DNA of 64,000 bases, from positions 31,046 through 95,045 of the forward strand of contig MCFH01000097.1 of the NCBI GenBank assembly GCA_002104945.1. Reading direction: 5' to 3'. Positions 1-12,751 of this stretch are shown here, one piece after another. The notes beneath the pieces are model-generated. The model was not told where the DNA came from. It was given only the letters and a program-made list of their open reading frames with translations, and did not search any database. This stretch comes from Piromyces finnis finn (taxonomy: Eukaryota; Fungi; Neocallimastigomycota). Within the stretch, counting starts at the first letter, position 1. The number at the start of each line of letters is the position of its first letter. Both the position numbers and the translations under genes were made by a program.

Positions 1-624
1 CAACCTACTTTTTCAAATCTTAATAATAAAACAGTTATTAATAATACCTCTGTCAATGATCTTTTTAATCATCTGGATATGACAACATTAAATGAATTTG
101 CTAATCTTTCTAAAGAACAAAGAGATGTACTATTGAAAATCTTAGAAAAACAAAGAGAATTGTATAATGATGAAAGGTCAGAAGAATTATCTGTAACTTC
201 AGCCTCTTCAAGAAATTTCATTAATATCGCTCACAATAATGAATCTCAATCCCAACTTTCAAAACCACCAAATTCTTTACTGAATCTTGTTCCAACAAAT
301 AATAGTATTACTAACCCCACTGATACTACTCAATTCAATCCATTGTTAACATCTAATCTTTTAAATACTTTTAATAGGCATAATGGTATTAATAGCCTTT
401 CTTTCAATTCCAATTCTATAGCTGTTTCTGCTTCTCAAACCTCCAATGGTCAAGTTCCATCATTACAAACATCTATAACATTAAGTAATTCAAATCCTAA
501 TCTTTTAACATCATTTAATGAACAAACCAAAAAGGAAACACCTTCTAATATCATAACCACAACGAATGCAGACTCACAAAATTCGAATTATATTAATTTA
601 GAAAACTTAATTTATTATATTTAG
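1..624 (+). CDS. Ser/Asn/Thr-rich ORF of unknown function, open from the window edge (5'-partial)
   Basis: The ORF-track 79..624 frame has no stop back to position 1 (QPTFSNLNNKTVINNTSVNDLFNHLD precedes the Met). No recognisable domain; it may be an exon or a gag-like fragment. Confidence 0.4.
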   Translation, partial: QPTFSNLNNKTVINNTSVNDLFNHLDMTTLNEFANLSKEQRDVLLKILEKQRELYNDERSEELSVTSASSRNFINIAHNNESQSQLSKPPNSLLNLVPTNNSITNPTDTTQFNPLLTSNLLNTFNRHNGINSLSFNSNSIAVSASQTSNGQVPSLQTSITLSNSNPNLLTSFNEQTKKETPSNIITTTNADSQNSNYINLENLIYYI

Positions 625-1997
625 ACAATTGAAAATTCTTTAAAAAGTGGAAAGTAATTTTTATCGGTTTATACATAGTTATATATATAACACATGAATA
701 TAGTACAATGTTATATGTTATATAGGCTTACAATTACAAAATAAAAATATGAAAAAGAGAGAAAGAAAGAAAAAAAAAAAAAAAGAGGAGGAATCAAAAT
801 AAAATGAATAATAGTTGTTAAAAAATGTTTGAGCCACTTTATTTTTAAAGCAAGAAAATACTATTAATAATATTAATACTACTGTAAAATCTTTTTTTTT
901 TTTTTTCATCAATTTTTTATTATTAATTTTTAATTAAGCAATAATACAACAATTTATATCACAAAATACATATACTTTTTAATTTAATGTTTTATTGTAA
1001 AGATAGAAAATATTTTTGAAATTTATATATATAACATTTACTTTTATTAATTATTATATTTATATATATGTAAAAGGAAAAGTAAAACATAAACAAAAAT
1101 AAAATTAAAAGTAAAAATAAAAAAGAAGAAAATATAGTATTAATAAAAATTATGTTAATTTTATCAATATAAATATTTTTTATTTTTTTTATTTTTTTTA
1201 TTTTTTTTCGTATAAATAAAAAACTATAATTAATGTTGATTATAACTATAATTAATAAATAAATTAACTAGATTTTACTTTAAACTAAAGAAATAGTTTT
1301 ATTATTAATAAAATAAATGAAGTTTGTAATAACAAAATTTCATTAAAACATATTTTTTGAATTATTTTAAATCGTAACAAAAAATATAAATAATGAACAT
1401 CATATATTAATTATAAATCACAATCATTCAGAAAATAAAAATTTCTATTTCAATAAATAATATAAATATAATTCTATGTAGTAAAATAATTTTATTTTGA
1501 AGAAACATTTTGATAATCTTTGAAATAAATATATATTAATGTTAATATAAATGAAAGTTTTACAATAAAACATAAAAATAAAATATATTATATTTAAATT
1601 TCTTCTTTAAAAGTTACCGACAAAGTAAAAGTCAATTACAGATATTTCGTTATAATTTTGAAACATTATATGCTAGAAAATGTTCAGATAATAATTGTAA
1701 TTATTTAGACTATTAGAGAAGTATTAATTTTCTTTTAATGAACTTCATTTAATGTATGTTATTTAGCTCCTTGTTTAACTAAGAGCTATTTTTCTATTAT
1801 TTTTCCTTTTATGATGACATATAATTTTTCTCCTTATAATATCAAATATTATTAACTTCTCTTTCTCTAATAAATGATATAAAAATACATAGTTAGATAA
1901 TTAATTACTTGATATATAACACAATACTATTTGTATTGATATTATGTTTTATTAATAATTAAAGCTTATTAGTTTATGATATTATAACTTTTCTGAC

Positions 1998-2191
1998 GTC
2001 TGGAATCCGTCTTGAAGAAGGACATTATCAAATGTATTATGATAATTTAGTGTTCTTGACCTTAATTACTTTTACTTTTTATTAATTATTTACTTAGTCA
2101 CATAAATTTATGATTTAGTAAAATTAGTGTGGCATTAAATTTTTATAATTGTGGTTCAATCTAAATAAATTAATACACATGATCACAAACA
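1998..2191 (+). mobile_element. Decayed PPT plus start of an old LTR that hosts E1
   Basis: GTCTGGAATCCG followed by purine tract GAAGAAGGACAT; the same motif precedes the PPT and LTR-A at 11465-11493. Confidence 0.3.
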
Positions 2192-2766
2192 TGATATAAG
2201 TTTCTTTTATGTTGTAGTAATTTAATATTAGTTTATTTATAATTTATTATATTAGGTGAAAAATATTTTATTACTATTAACTTCTCTCTTATTAATAATT
2301 TCACTTATAATATTTTCTTATTAATTATTAAAGCTCTTCTCTTTCTAATTATTAATTATTTTTTACATGAATATTTTTATATTATAAAATTCCTATAATA
2401 TAATTGAATATCAATTATATAATGTAATGTATTCATAATATATGAATAATAATTAAATAGGATATAATATAATATATTTTACATTTTATATGAAATATTA
2501 CTATATAAGGAAAGATAATATAATACAAATAAGTATTACAATAAAATTAATACTAATATATAATATTAATATTTAAGAATATAATGAAATATGTACATGA
2601 ATTCTATAACTAATATATAAATAATGTATTATAATATATATCAATTATTATATTATTATTATGAAATATTATATATAAATTTTTAAAGATGAAATTGAAT
2701 ATTCTAAATAATAAAAATTATTTTAAATATGGCTAATATGTAGCTAGACATATAAATTTCATATCA
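2192..2766 (-). repeat. E1 3' LTR
   Basis: Direct repeat of 9307-9880 with roughly 8-10 differences by eye. Confidence 0.95.
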
Positions 2767-2781
2767 AAAACTTCCCTGCTA
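2767..2781 (-). promoter_or_regulatory. E1 polypurine tract
   Basis: Minus strand AGCAGGGAAG then TTTT immediately before the 3' LTR TGATAT. Confidence 0.6.
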
Positions 2782-3106
2782 GAATTGAGCTATAATTATT
2801 AATTATTTGATATAATTAAAATAATTATATGCGAAATAATTTAATAAAATTTATATTGAAATATTTTTATAATTATATAAAAAAAAATTAAAAATTTTTA
2901 TAAAAATTTTTATATTTAAATTTTTTTTTTTTTTTTTTGTTTTGTTTATATATATATGTATATATCTTCCTATTATTATTAATAATTAATATAATTATTA
3001 ATCTACTAAGTTATCAATCTTCCTCTTACTTATTATTATAATTATATACTTATATAGTTAGTATATATATATTTTAATACATTTATAATTTTATTTCATT
3101 TTATTT

Positions 3107-4346
3107 CTACTCCCTGAATGGTAATATATTTTTAAAATGGACATTTCTTTCTAAATATTGTCCCGTCAGTTCATCTTGTAATTTAGCTGTGTTCCAAGAT
3201 ATTTCTCTAATAATAAAAGGACCAATAAAATAGGGTTCTAACTTGTTTCTTTGTTGGTTCCTAATCTTTACCTTATCCCCTATTTTGTAGTTATTTTTAT
3301 TGTTCATACTTTGTTGAGCTAATCTTCTACTTTTCCAATAATTTATCGTCCCTAGCATTTTACTGGCAGCTTGTTTTACCCATTTGGCGTGGTCTATAAA
3401 TCTTTCCATTAATAATTCTTCTATTGATCTTTCTTCTATACTTAATATTGAATTTCTTATATTTATATCAATTGGAATATTTTCTGATCTTCCATACAAG
3501 AGTTCAAAACTTGAATAACCAGTAGAAACAGATTTACAAGTTCGAATAGCCCATAATGCAATTGGTAACAATACATCCCAGTTTTCATTGTTATCAGAGA
3601 AATTTCTTAATTGCTTACCAATTTCTCTGTTTCTGTTTTCCACCAGTCCATTAGATTCCGGATGGTATGTACTAATGAAATGAATGTATACATCATAAAG
3701 ATCTACAAATATTTTTGTGTACTCTGAAACAAATTGTACACCATTATCTGTTATTATTAATTGTGGAGTTCCATGCCTACTAAATACTTCAACTAAGAAA
3801 TTAGTTACGTCTTGAGAAGTAGTAGTTCTAACTGGTTTTGCTTCCACCCATTTAGTAAAATAATCCACACATACCATTATATATTTATTCCCAAGTGTGG
3901 TTTCTCTTAATGGACCTATAATATCAAGACCAAGTCTAACAAAGGGTGCTTCTACAGGAGTTCTAAACTTTTCTGTCGGCTTTGGTAATGGCTCAGATTT
4001 ATTTAACTGACATATTTTACATAAGGAGACATATTTTTTTACATCAATGATTAAATTTTTCCAATAAAATTTGTTTTTGATTCTTTCATAAGTTTTCTGT
4101 ACTCCTTCATGTCCAATTCTATGCTCTTTTGCAATTATTTTAATTTTAGTGTAAGGGTCATCAATAATCTCCCTAAAATTATTATTATCCTTGAAATATA
4201 ATTTATTGTCAATAGTGACAATTTTATCATTTAAAAATTTTTTCATAAAATCGGAAACAAATTTTTCGTTCTCCTCCTCGGTAAAATTGGAACTATTGGT
4301 TTTGTTGGAAATATCGATATTATTGATATTATTATTATTGTTTTTA

Positions 4347-4381
<35 letters not shown>

Positions 4382-7300
4382 TTCCAAATTATCCAAATTA
4401 TTAGCAATAAACTTATTAATGTTACTATTATTCTCATCTTTATTATTATTGTCATTACCATCAGAAATAGTAGTGTTAACAATTAAATTCTCTTTCAAAG
4501 TTATTCTGGATAAAGCATCAGCAATTTTATTAGCTTTTCCTGGTTGATAAATAATATTAACTTTTAATTGACTAAATTTATCACACCAGCGTTGATGTTT
4601 CTTTGTATTCGGTTCTCCTTTCTTAATGATGGGAACTAAAGGTTCATGATCAGTATAAAGAATGGTTTGAAATGGATTCCCTAGAATATATGGTTCAAAT
4701 TGTAAAAGACAATAATAAGCAGCAGTACCTTCTAATTCAGTAGTGGTATAATTTTCTTCCGTTTTCTTAATACTTCTACTAACAAAATAAACTGGGTGTT
4801 CAATATTGTCATCATATAACTGTAGTAAAACACCACCAATTCCATATCCACAAGCATCAGATCTAATTATAAAAGGAACATCAAATTTAGGAAAACAAAG
4901 AATTGGTGCATTAACTAGGCAATATATCAGATTTCTGAAACTTTGTTCTTGAATTTCTGTCCATTCATATTTAATTTTTTTCTTTAATAGTTTGCAAAGA
5001 GGAGCTGCAATAGCAGAATAATTTTCAATAAAATTTCTGTAATAACTAGTCATACCTAAAAATGAACGTAGTTCAGAAATATCTCGTGGTGGGTTCATTT
5101 CTTTAATAGATGCGACTTTCTTTTCCAAAGGAAGTAAACCATCAATAGTAACCCGATGACCTAAAGCCTCTATTTCAAGTTGACAAAAAGAACATTTCTC
5201 AATATTTAACTTTAATTTGTTATTACGTAAAATAGTAAAAACTTTTCTTAAGTCATTAATATGATCTTCAAAACTAGGAGAATAAATAATAATATCATCT
5301 AAATATATTTGAACACATTCATTAATTAAATCGAAAAAGATACGATTCATTTCGCGCTGAAAAGTGGCAGGAGCATTAGTTAATCCAAAAGGCATAACTT
5401 TAAAATAATAGTTACCAAATTTAGTGGTAAAAGAAGTTTTATCCATATCTTCTTTGAACATAGGAATTTGATGATATCCACTAAATAAATCGATTGTTGA
5501 AAAGATTTTTGAGTCTTTAAGTGAATCAAGAATTTCTTTGATTTTAGGTAGGGCGTATGCATCTTTAACAGTTACATTATTTAATTTTCTAAAATCAATG
5601 CAAAGGCGCCATTTTCCATTTTTCTTCTTAACCATAACCACTGGAGAAGCCCACGGAGAATGAGACGGTTCAATTAGACCTTTATTAATTAGTTTTTCTA
5701 ATTCTTCTTTTAAACCTGATAATTGAACTTGTGAAATATTATAAGCTTTTTGTTTAATAGGGCGCACATTATCCTCCAAAATAATGTGGTGTGGTAACAA
5801 ATTTGATGGTTCCAAATCATCAGAAGATACAGCAATAACATCATTAAAATTTTTAAGAAGAGAACTAAATAAATTTTTATCAACATCGTTATCAACTTTG
5901 ATATTAGAAATTATATTATTAATAATATCCATTTTATTATTATTATTATTTTCTATTTTGTTAGGTCTATTTTCTTCAACTACAGCTAAAATAGTACTAG
6001 CGGTTATATCTTCATAATCAAAATAAATATCTTCTACATCATTGGAATAGCAAGAAAGAGCTTGGGATTGAAATATAGAAATATCTTCAACATCAACAAT
6101 AGGAATAAATTTATTATCAGAAGATTTCAAAATTAATGTTTTATCAACTGTATCAATCATAATGCGATTTTCATTTTGTGTTATAAATCCAATAATAGCA
6201 TCATAAAATGAATCGTTTTTATCTGATATTCTAAATATAGAATCAAATTCAATTTTGCCTATTTTTACATGAAGTTTCACTAGATCATATACTCTAGCAA
6301 CATCATCAACCATTGCTTGTCTTATTCTTCCTCTAATTTGTCCTACAATTTCAAAATCTTTAATTTTATTATCTAAAAAGGAGCGCGTAATTAAATTTGT
6401 GTTACTACATGCATCAATAAATATAGCTGCTGAATGGGAATTGATTGTACCATGAACAACTGCAACATCATGATCGTTTACTTTGGTTCTTCCATCGATA
6501 TTAATGAAATTATTATTTAATTTATACAAATTATTATTATTTTCATCAACTTCAGTGGTACTAATAGTAATATTATCCAACTTTAAATTCTTTAATCCCT
6601 TAATTAATTCAGCTTTGGACGTTTTACTAACACCTAAAAGTTGTCCAAAAGTAATATTAGCTGGAGTATTTAATAAATCGGTACATATATTATATTCTTC
6701 TGAATCTTTTAGCATTTGGATTGAAGTTTTTGTTTTTATACTATTAGAATTATCACTAGGTAATATATTTTCCAAAGTGGATTCTTCATTTATACGCGTG
6801 TTTTTACGCGTTTTCTTTACCTTATTAGCTTCTTTCATATCTATATCGGTATTTAAACTGGTAGTCTTATTTTTCTTTGATTTATCTTCATTTTCTAATT
6901 TAAAATTTACTTTCTTGGTTTTATTATTCTTATCAATTGAATTATCATTAATATTATTATTCAATTTTATATTATTATTTATATCTTTTTCATTATTATT
7001 ATTATCCGAAGTGTTATCCTTAATATTACTATAATTATTTTTATTATTGATATTGATATTATTATTAATATTATTATTATCATTATTATTTAAATTATTA
7101 TTGTTAAAATTATTACTAGAATTATTAGTATTATTATTGGTATTAAAATTATTATTATAGATATCATCAAAATTATTACTAATATTATTGTTAAAATTAT
7201 TTTCATTTGTAATATTGCTATTCATATTATTAAAATTGTTATTATTTATATTATTATTTGAATTAGTTTTATTCATATTATTAATGTTATTATTAGTGTT

Positions 7301-7465
7301 AATATTAGTATTAATATTTTTAAAATTATTCTTTTCTCTTTCTGTATTAGGAATTCTGGAATATGGATTTTTAGCTTTTAATTTTTCATCTCGATGTCTT
7401 TTAGCTGCAGCAACAATAGCTTCATAATTAGGTGAATAAGTAGTTGCTGTAACATCGGGATTCAT
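3107..7465 (-). CDS. pol: E1 Pol polyprotein (aspartic protease, RT, RNase H, integrase) with Asn-rich inserts
   Basis: IFIDACS protease-like site, KKNGKWRLCIDFR, MPFGLTNAPATFQ, YLDD, RSDACGYGIG, TDHEPL, H-x4-H/CxxC zinc finger, DIIGP/TDNG/ENRN DDE, GPF motif. The frame is open upstream of the Met to 7525. Confidence 0.97.
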
Positions 7466-7512
7466 TGTATTATTATTATTATAGTAATAGTTATTATTAG
7501 TGTTGGCAGTTT

Positions 7513-7552
7513 GATTAACGGAAGTTTACCCTCTTCCATAACCTAGTTTTTT
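7513..7552 (-). promoter_or_regulatory. E1 -1 frameshift signal (A AAA AAC, 6-nt spacer, 7-bp hairpin)
   Basis: Heptamer 7552-7546 directly precedes the gag TAG; stem ATGGAAG/CTTCCGT with 8-nt loop; pol is in the -1 frame. Confidence 0.75.
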
Positions 7553-8472
7553 GTATAATATGTAGAGTTCATGTGTAGGCAAAATCTGGCAATATGACCT
7601 GGTTCATGGCAGAAATAACAGGTCTTTATGTGTAAGTTCTGCATTCCGTTAATCAAATCATTCATTTCATCATTTTGATTATTAATGCTAGTAGTTGATC
7701 TTGTATTATTATTAGGATTTGATATATTAGAATATTGTGTACTAGCACCATTATTCATACTATTATAGCTTTTACTATAATTAACATTATTACCATTATT
7801 ATTACTATTATTATTAACATTATTATTTACTTTAATATTATGTGGAGAATTGTAATTATTGTAATTATTCGAATATCTAGGCCTACTATAAGTATAATTC
7901 GAATCATTATAATTGTTATTATTAGTACGACGGTAGTTCATAGACGAAGTACTAGCTCTAAGATTTGGACCATTATGAATTTCATAATATCTTTCAGCAA
8001 TCCCCATAGCATCTTCAATTGATTTTGGATCTGCGAATGCAACCTTTTCATAAACATCATCTTGTGCAACTAGAGCGAATTCATAGTCATACACAGAAAT
8101 CTTGTCTTTGAATTCATCTGGCAGATCATCATAAAGCTTCATAAACTTTTTATCAAATTCTAATACATTTTCATTAACTTCAATTTTTAACATTTTTAAT
8201 TTCCTAAATTTGGCAGCTTTATCATTGTTTGAATGATATTTCTTCATAAGTATTACTTTACATTCATTAAGAGATAAGTCTCTATTTACTTTTCTCCTAT
8301 GTTCCAGAATCGCTTTGGTAGCTTCTTCACGCGTACTAGCCAAAATATAACGGTAGATATCTTCATTAGCTACCTTTTCTATAGCTAACCAATTTTCTAA
8401 AAGATCCACCCAGGTATCTACATCTTGGTTAGTTCCTCCAATTGTTGGAAGTGGAATTTTAAATTCACCCAT
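7543..8472 (-). CDS. gag: E1 Gag with CCHC zinc knuckle
   Basis: 309-aa ORF upstream of pol; CYFCHEPGHIARFC near the C terminus. Confidence 0.93.
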   Translation of the reverse strand: MGEFKIPLPTIGGTNQDVDTWVDLLENWLAIEKVANEDIYRYILASTREEATKAILEHRRKVNRDLSLNECKVILMKKYHSNNDKAAKFRKLKMLKIEVNENVLEFDKKFMKLYDDLPDEFKDKISVYDYEFALVAQDDVYEKVAFADPKSIEDAMGIAERYYEIHNGPNLRASTSSMNYRRTNNNNYNDSNYTYSRPRYSNNYNNYNSPHNIKVNNNVNNNSNNNGNNVNYSKSYNSMNNGASTQYSNISNPNNNTRSTTSINNQNDEMNDLINGMQNLHIKTCYFCHEPGHIARFCLHMNSTYYTKN

Positions 8473-8583
8473 TATTGAATTGAAAATAGAATAAATAATT
8501 AAATGGTAATATTATATGAAATAAAAAAAAATAAAATAAAAATAAATGTAATTCTTAATTATAAGATTAAAATAATGTAAATA

Positions 8584-8757
8584 ATACAATATTTTAATTC
8601 TCTTTAAATAAAATAAAATAAAATAAAATAATTAAAATAGTTAGAATTAAAATAAGTAAGAAGATACAATATTTTAATTCACTTAGATAATGATAATTAT
8701 AAAATAATTAGAATTAAAATAAGTAAGAGAATACAATATTTTAATTCACTTAAAATA
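8584..8757. repeat. Three imperfect ~70-80-bp repeats in the E1 5' UTR
   Basis: ATACAATATTTTAATTC occurs three times with TAGAATTAAAATAAGTAAG between copies. Confidence 0.6.
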
Positions 8758-9284
8758 ATATGAAAATTTCTTTAAAATAAAACTCACTATAACTAATATA
8801 GTTGGTAGTAAGCTTAATCAGATATTATAAAATAAGTAAAAATATTATAAAATATGTAATAATAATTCTTAAATATAAAATTCTTTATATATAATATAAT
8901 GTTATATAGTAATAACATAAAACTTTTCAAACTATTGAATAAAAATAAAATAAATAATCTACCAACTAATAAACATATATGAATAAAAGATTAATCGTTT
9001 TTATTCTGGTCCGATTTCCCCAGTTTCTCTTATTCAATTATATAAAAATAATAAAATTGTATTAATAATAATATTCTTGTGGATATTAGAATATAACTTG
9101 ACTAAAGTAAATACTCTAAATTTCACAAAATACAAAGGTAAAATAAAGAAAATAAAAATAACAATTAATTCAATTCAATAATATCGCGTTTATTTTCCAC
9201 TTAATAATAAAACACTCAAACTAAATAATTAAATTCACCTATATTATAGATTTAATTAACTAATATTAATATCTTTTATTCTAC

Positions 9285-9303
9285 AACCTCACACTTCGCA
9301 CCA
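9285..9303 (-). promoter_or_regulatory. E1 primer-binding site for elongator tRNA-Met
   Basis: TGGTGCGAAGTGTGAGGTT is a 19/19 complement of the last 16 nt plus CCA of the tRNA at 49408-49480; it lies 3 nt from the 5' LTR. Confidence 0.93.
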
Positions 9304-9306
9304 ATT

Positions 9307-9880
9307 TGATATAAGTTTCTTTTATGTTGTAGTAATTTAATATTAGTTTATTTATAATTTATTATATTAGGTGAAAAATATTTTATTACTATTAACTTCT
9401 CTCTTATTAATAATTTCACTTATAATATTTTCTTATTAATTATTAAAGCTCTTCTCTTTTTAATTATTAATTATTTTTATATGAATATTTTTATATTATA
9501 AAATTCCTATAATATAATTGAATATCAATTATATAATGTAATGTACTCATAATATATGAATAATAATTAAATAGGATATAATATAATATATTTTACATTT
9601 TATATGAAATATTACTATATAAGGAAAGATAATGTAATACAAATAAATATTACAATAAAATTAATACTAATATATAATATTAATATTTAAGAGTATAATG
9701 AAATATGTACATGAATTCTATAACTAATATATAAATAATGTATTATAATATATATCAATTATTATATTATTATTATGAAATATTATATATAAATTTTTAA
9801 ATATGAAATTGAATATTTTAAATAATAAAAATTATTTTAAATATGGCTAATATGTAGCTAGACATATAAATTTCATATCA
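9307..9880 (-). repeat. E1 5' LTR
   Basis: TGATAT...ATATCA, 574 bp. Confidence 0.95.
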
Positions 9881-9924
9881 AACATGTTAACATATTTTTA
9901 TACTGAATCACATTATTATATAAG

Positions 9925-10498
9925 TGATATAAGTTTCTTTTATGTTGTAGTAATTTAATATTAGTTTATTTATAATTATTATATTAGGTGAAAAATATTT
10001 TATTACTATTAACTTCTCTCTTATTAATAATTTCACTTATAATATTTTCTTATTAATTATTAAAGCTCTTCTCTTTCTAATTATTAATTATTTTTATATG
10101 AATATTTTTATATTATAAAATTCCTATAATATAATTGAATATCAATTATATAATGTAATGTATTCATAATATATGAATAATAATTAAATAGGATATAATA
10201 TAATATATTTTACATTTTATATGAAATATTACTATATAAGGAAAGATAATGTAATACAAATAAATATTACAATAAAATTAATACTAATATATAATATTAA
10301 TATTTAAGAGTATAATGAAATATGTACATGAATTCTATAACTAATATATAAATAATGTATTATAATATATATCAATTATTATATTATTATTATGAAATAT
10401 TATATATAAATTTTTAAATATGAAATTGAATATTTTAAATAATAAAAATTATTTTAAATATTGGCTAATATGTAGCTAGACATATAAATTTCATATCA
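9925..10498 (-). mobile_element. Solo LTR of the E1 family, TSD TAAG
   Basis: Near-identical to the E1 LTRs; TAAG at 9921-9924 and 10499-10502. Confidence 0.95.
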
Positions 10499-11062
10499 TA
10501 AGTGATACGGGTTAATTTTATGTAGAAAGAATTAAACTTTAAATAATATATGTTTTATTAATAATTTTATTTATTACGTTCCAATATTTCTATTCTGTCT
10601 AAATACTAAAACGTTCTGTCGTTGTCAAATATTAAAATTTTTAATAATAATTATTCCCTAGTTTATTTATAATAATGAGGCTTACTTAATAATTAATTGT
10701 CCAATTATAAGGCTGGAACTATATGGATTCTACATCTACATTATTCTTTTACAGTACATGATATTACATTTGTCATACATTCTCATTACATTCTTGTACA
10801 TTGTAGAAACAATTAATTTTATAATAAAACTATATAAATTTAATATTAGGAAAAATTACTAATATAATAATATGTTCAAGTCACATATTATTTTTATATC
10901 ATAAAAATCAATAATTTCAATAAAGTTGTACTTCAGTAGAAATTATTGTTAATAATAAACCTCCATTAAAATCAATAAATAAGATTTATATTAAAAAACC
11001 TTAATTATAAATAACTTCGACCTATTCTTGAATTAATTCTGATATGTCTTTAATAGAAATAG

Positions 11063-11330
11063 TGTAAAAATATCAAACGTCTCAACTTAATATCTTTAAT
11101 GTAAATTAAGCCACAAGTATTATTGTTTAAGTTACACAAATTATATTATAAAAAAAGAAAATGAAACATAATTTATTTATTAATAATTAAAATTTAAAAC
11201 AAAATAAATTATTAATTTATTTTTAATGTTTAACATGTAAATTAAAATTCTCAATTTAAATCCCTAGTTTTAGTATTGTTCTTTCATAGAAATAGATAAA
11301 TAGTATATAAATAATAAATGATTAATATAT
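11063..11330 (+). mobile_element. Truncated LTR family B copy
   Basis: Matches the first ~270 bp of 12752-13368. Confidence 0.75.
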
Positions 11331-11493
11331 AAATGTATACACCCTTGTATATAGTTTTTTTGGCTTGGGAGGTAATTTCTAGCTTTAGTTTTCATAGTTT
11401 ATTTTAGTTTTTTCTTTCCTTTACCTACAAGCATTCTGTTTTTAGTTTCCGTATACTAGTAATCGTCTGGAATCCGATTATAGAGGGGGACAT

Positions 11494-11920
11494 TGTAACG
11501 ATATCAAGTATCGTTATAACCATTAGGATAACTCAATGGTACCTGGCTTTGGTTTAGTATAGATTATGTCACTGGTTCGAATCCTACTATTTATTTTTTA
11601 TAATTTATGTTTTAATTAAATGAATAGTTAGATAAATTATATTTAAATTAAATGTATGAATAATTATAGAATAGATAAATTTTATATTAATGTAAAATCC
11701 AATCATGTATTATAGAGTTAGAATTAACGAATATAAATAACCATGTATTATTTTTATTTTATGCTCTTTGAGCTATTATTAACATTGAATAATAATAAAT
11801 AAAATATTATAAAATCCTAAATAATATTGTTTATTTAATTTTGTTTTTTTATTTATTTATTTGTTTTATTTATTATTATTTCCTACAACAACCTAGTGGT
11901 TCTCACTTGTTCACGTTACA
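11494..11920 (+). mobile_element. LTR family A (3' LTR of a decayed element)
   Basis: Preceded by PPT-like AGAGGGGGACAT; termini TGTAACG...CGTTACA; a diverged inverted homolog lies at 12414-12751. Confidence 0.7.
11522..11600 (+). pseudogene. tRNA-like Pol III promoter cassette inside LTR-A
   Basis: A-box-like TAACTCAATGGT (11529), B box GGTTCGAATCC (11574), tRNA-like spacing and a downstream T-run; stems do not form a good cloverleaf. Confidence 0.55.
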
Positions 11921-12413
11921 AATAGTTAAGAATTTAGCATAGGTTTTAAATAATAATATATTTTAAATAAATAGTTATAATATAATATAAATGTATTTAG
12001 GTGTAAAGAAATGTGTCTTTAACAATAAAACAAATTATAATATTTACTAAATAACTTAGTAATATTAACACTTTAAAATATTCTGTAAATTATTAATTTA
12101 TAAAAATATCATTAAAAACACATAGAATTTAACTTAATAAGTTAGTGTTTAATAATATAATTATTTATTAATAAAATCTCGATTTTTTAAAATATTTGGG
12201 AAAATTCACTTGTATTTATACTAAAAATTTTTTAAATTAATTTATAAAATTTTTTCTTAAAATTCTTAACCAATCAATAATCTTCATATAAAATAAAATT
12301 TAAAAATAAAATAAATGATTTTTATACTTGTTCATTTGCAAGTTTTTGCTAGTTTAAAATATATAATTATTTTATTTAATTATAAAGTTTTAATATTTAA
12401 TAACTCTTGTATT

Positions 12414-12751
12414 TGTAACAAGAAACTAGTGATAACCACTAGGTTGTTGTAGGAATTAATAATAAATAAAATAAATAAATAAAAACACAGAATTAAATAA
12501 ATATTATTATTTGGATTTTATATTATTTTATTTATTATTATTGAATGTTAATAATAGCTCAAAGAGCATAAAATAAAAAATAATACATGGTTTTTATATT
12601 CAATATATCTATTCTAAATTACATGATTGGTTATTACATAAAAATATAACAATATTAATTTTATAAAAAGGAAACAGTCGGATTCGAATCAATGACAAAA
12701 TCCATACCAGACTATGACCAGTACCATTGAACCATCAAAACCATTATAATA
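12414..12751 (-). mobile_element. Diverged LTR family A copy, inverted, with tRNA-like cassette at ~12668-12741
   Basis: Reverse-complement similarity to 11494-11920; minus strand TGGTTCAATGGT...GATTCGAATCC...TTTTT. Confidence 0.65.

Larger units (their letters stand above)
2192..9880 (-). mobile_element. E1: full-length Ty3/gypsy LTR retrotransposon, tRNA-primed, 4-bp TSD AACA
   Basis: Two ~575-bp LTRs with TGATAT...ATATCA termini; AACA at 2188-2191 and 9881-9884; gag then PR-RT-RH-IN; PBS and PPT present. Confidence 0.97.

Noticed and set aside
7450-7545. Splicing to bypass the E1 stop between gag and pol
   Set aside because: The available GT...AG pairs do not restore the pol frame.
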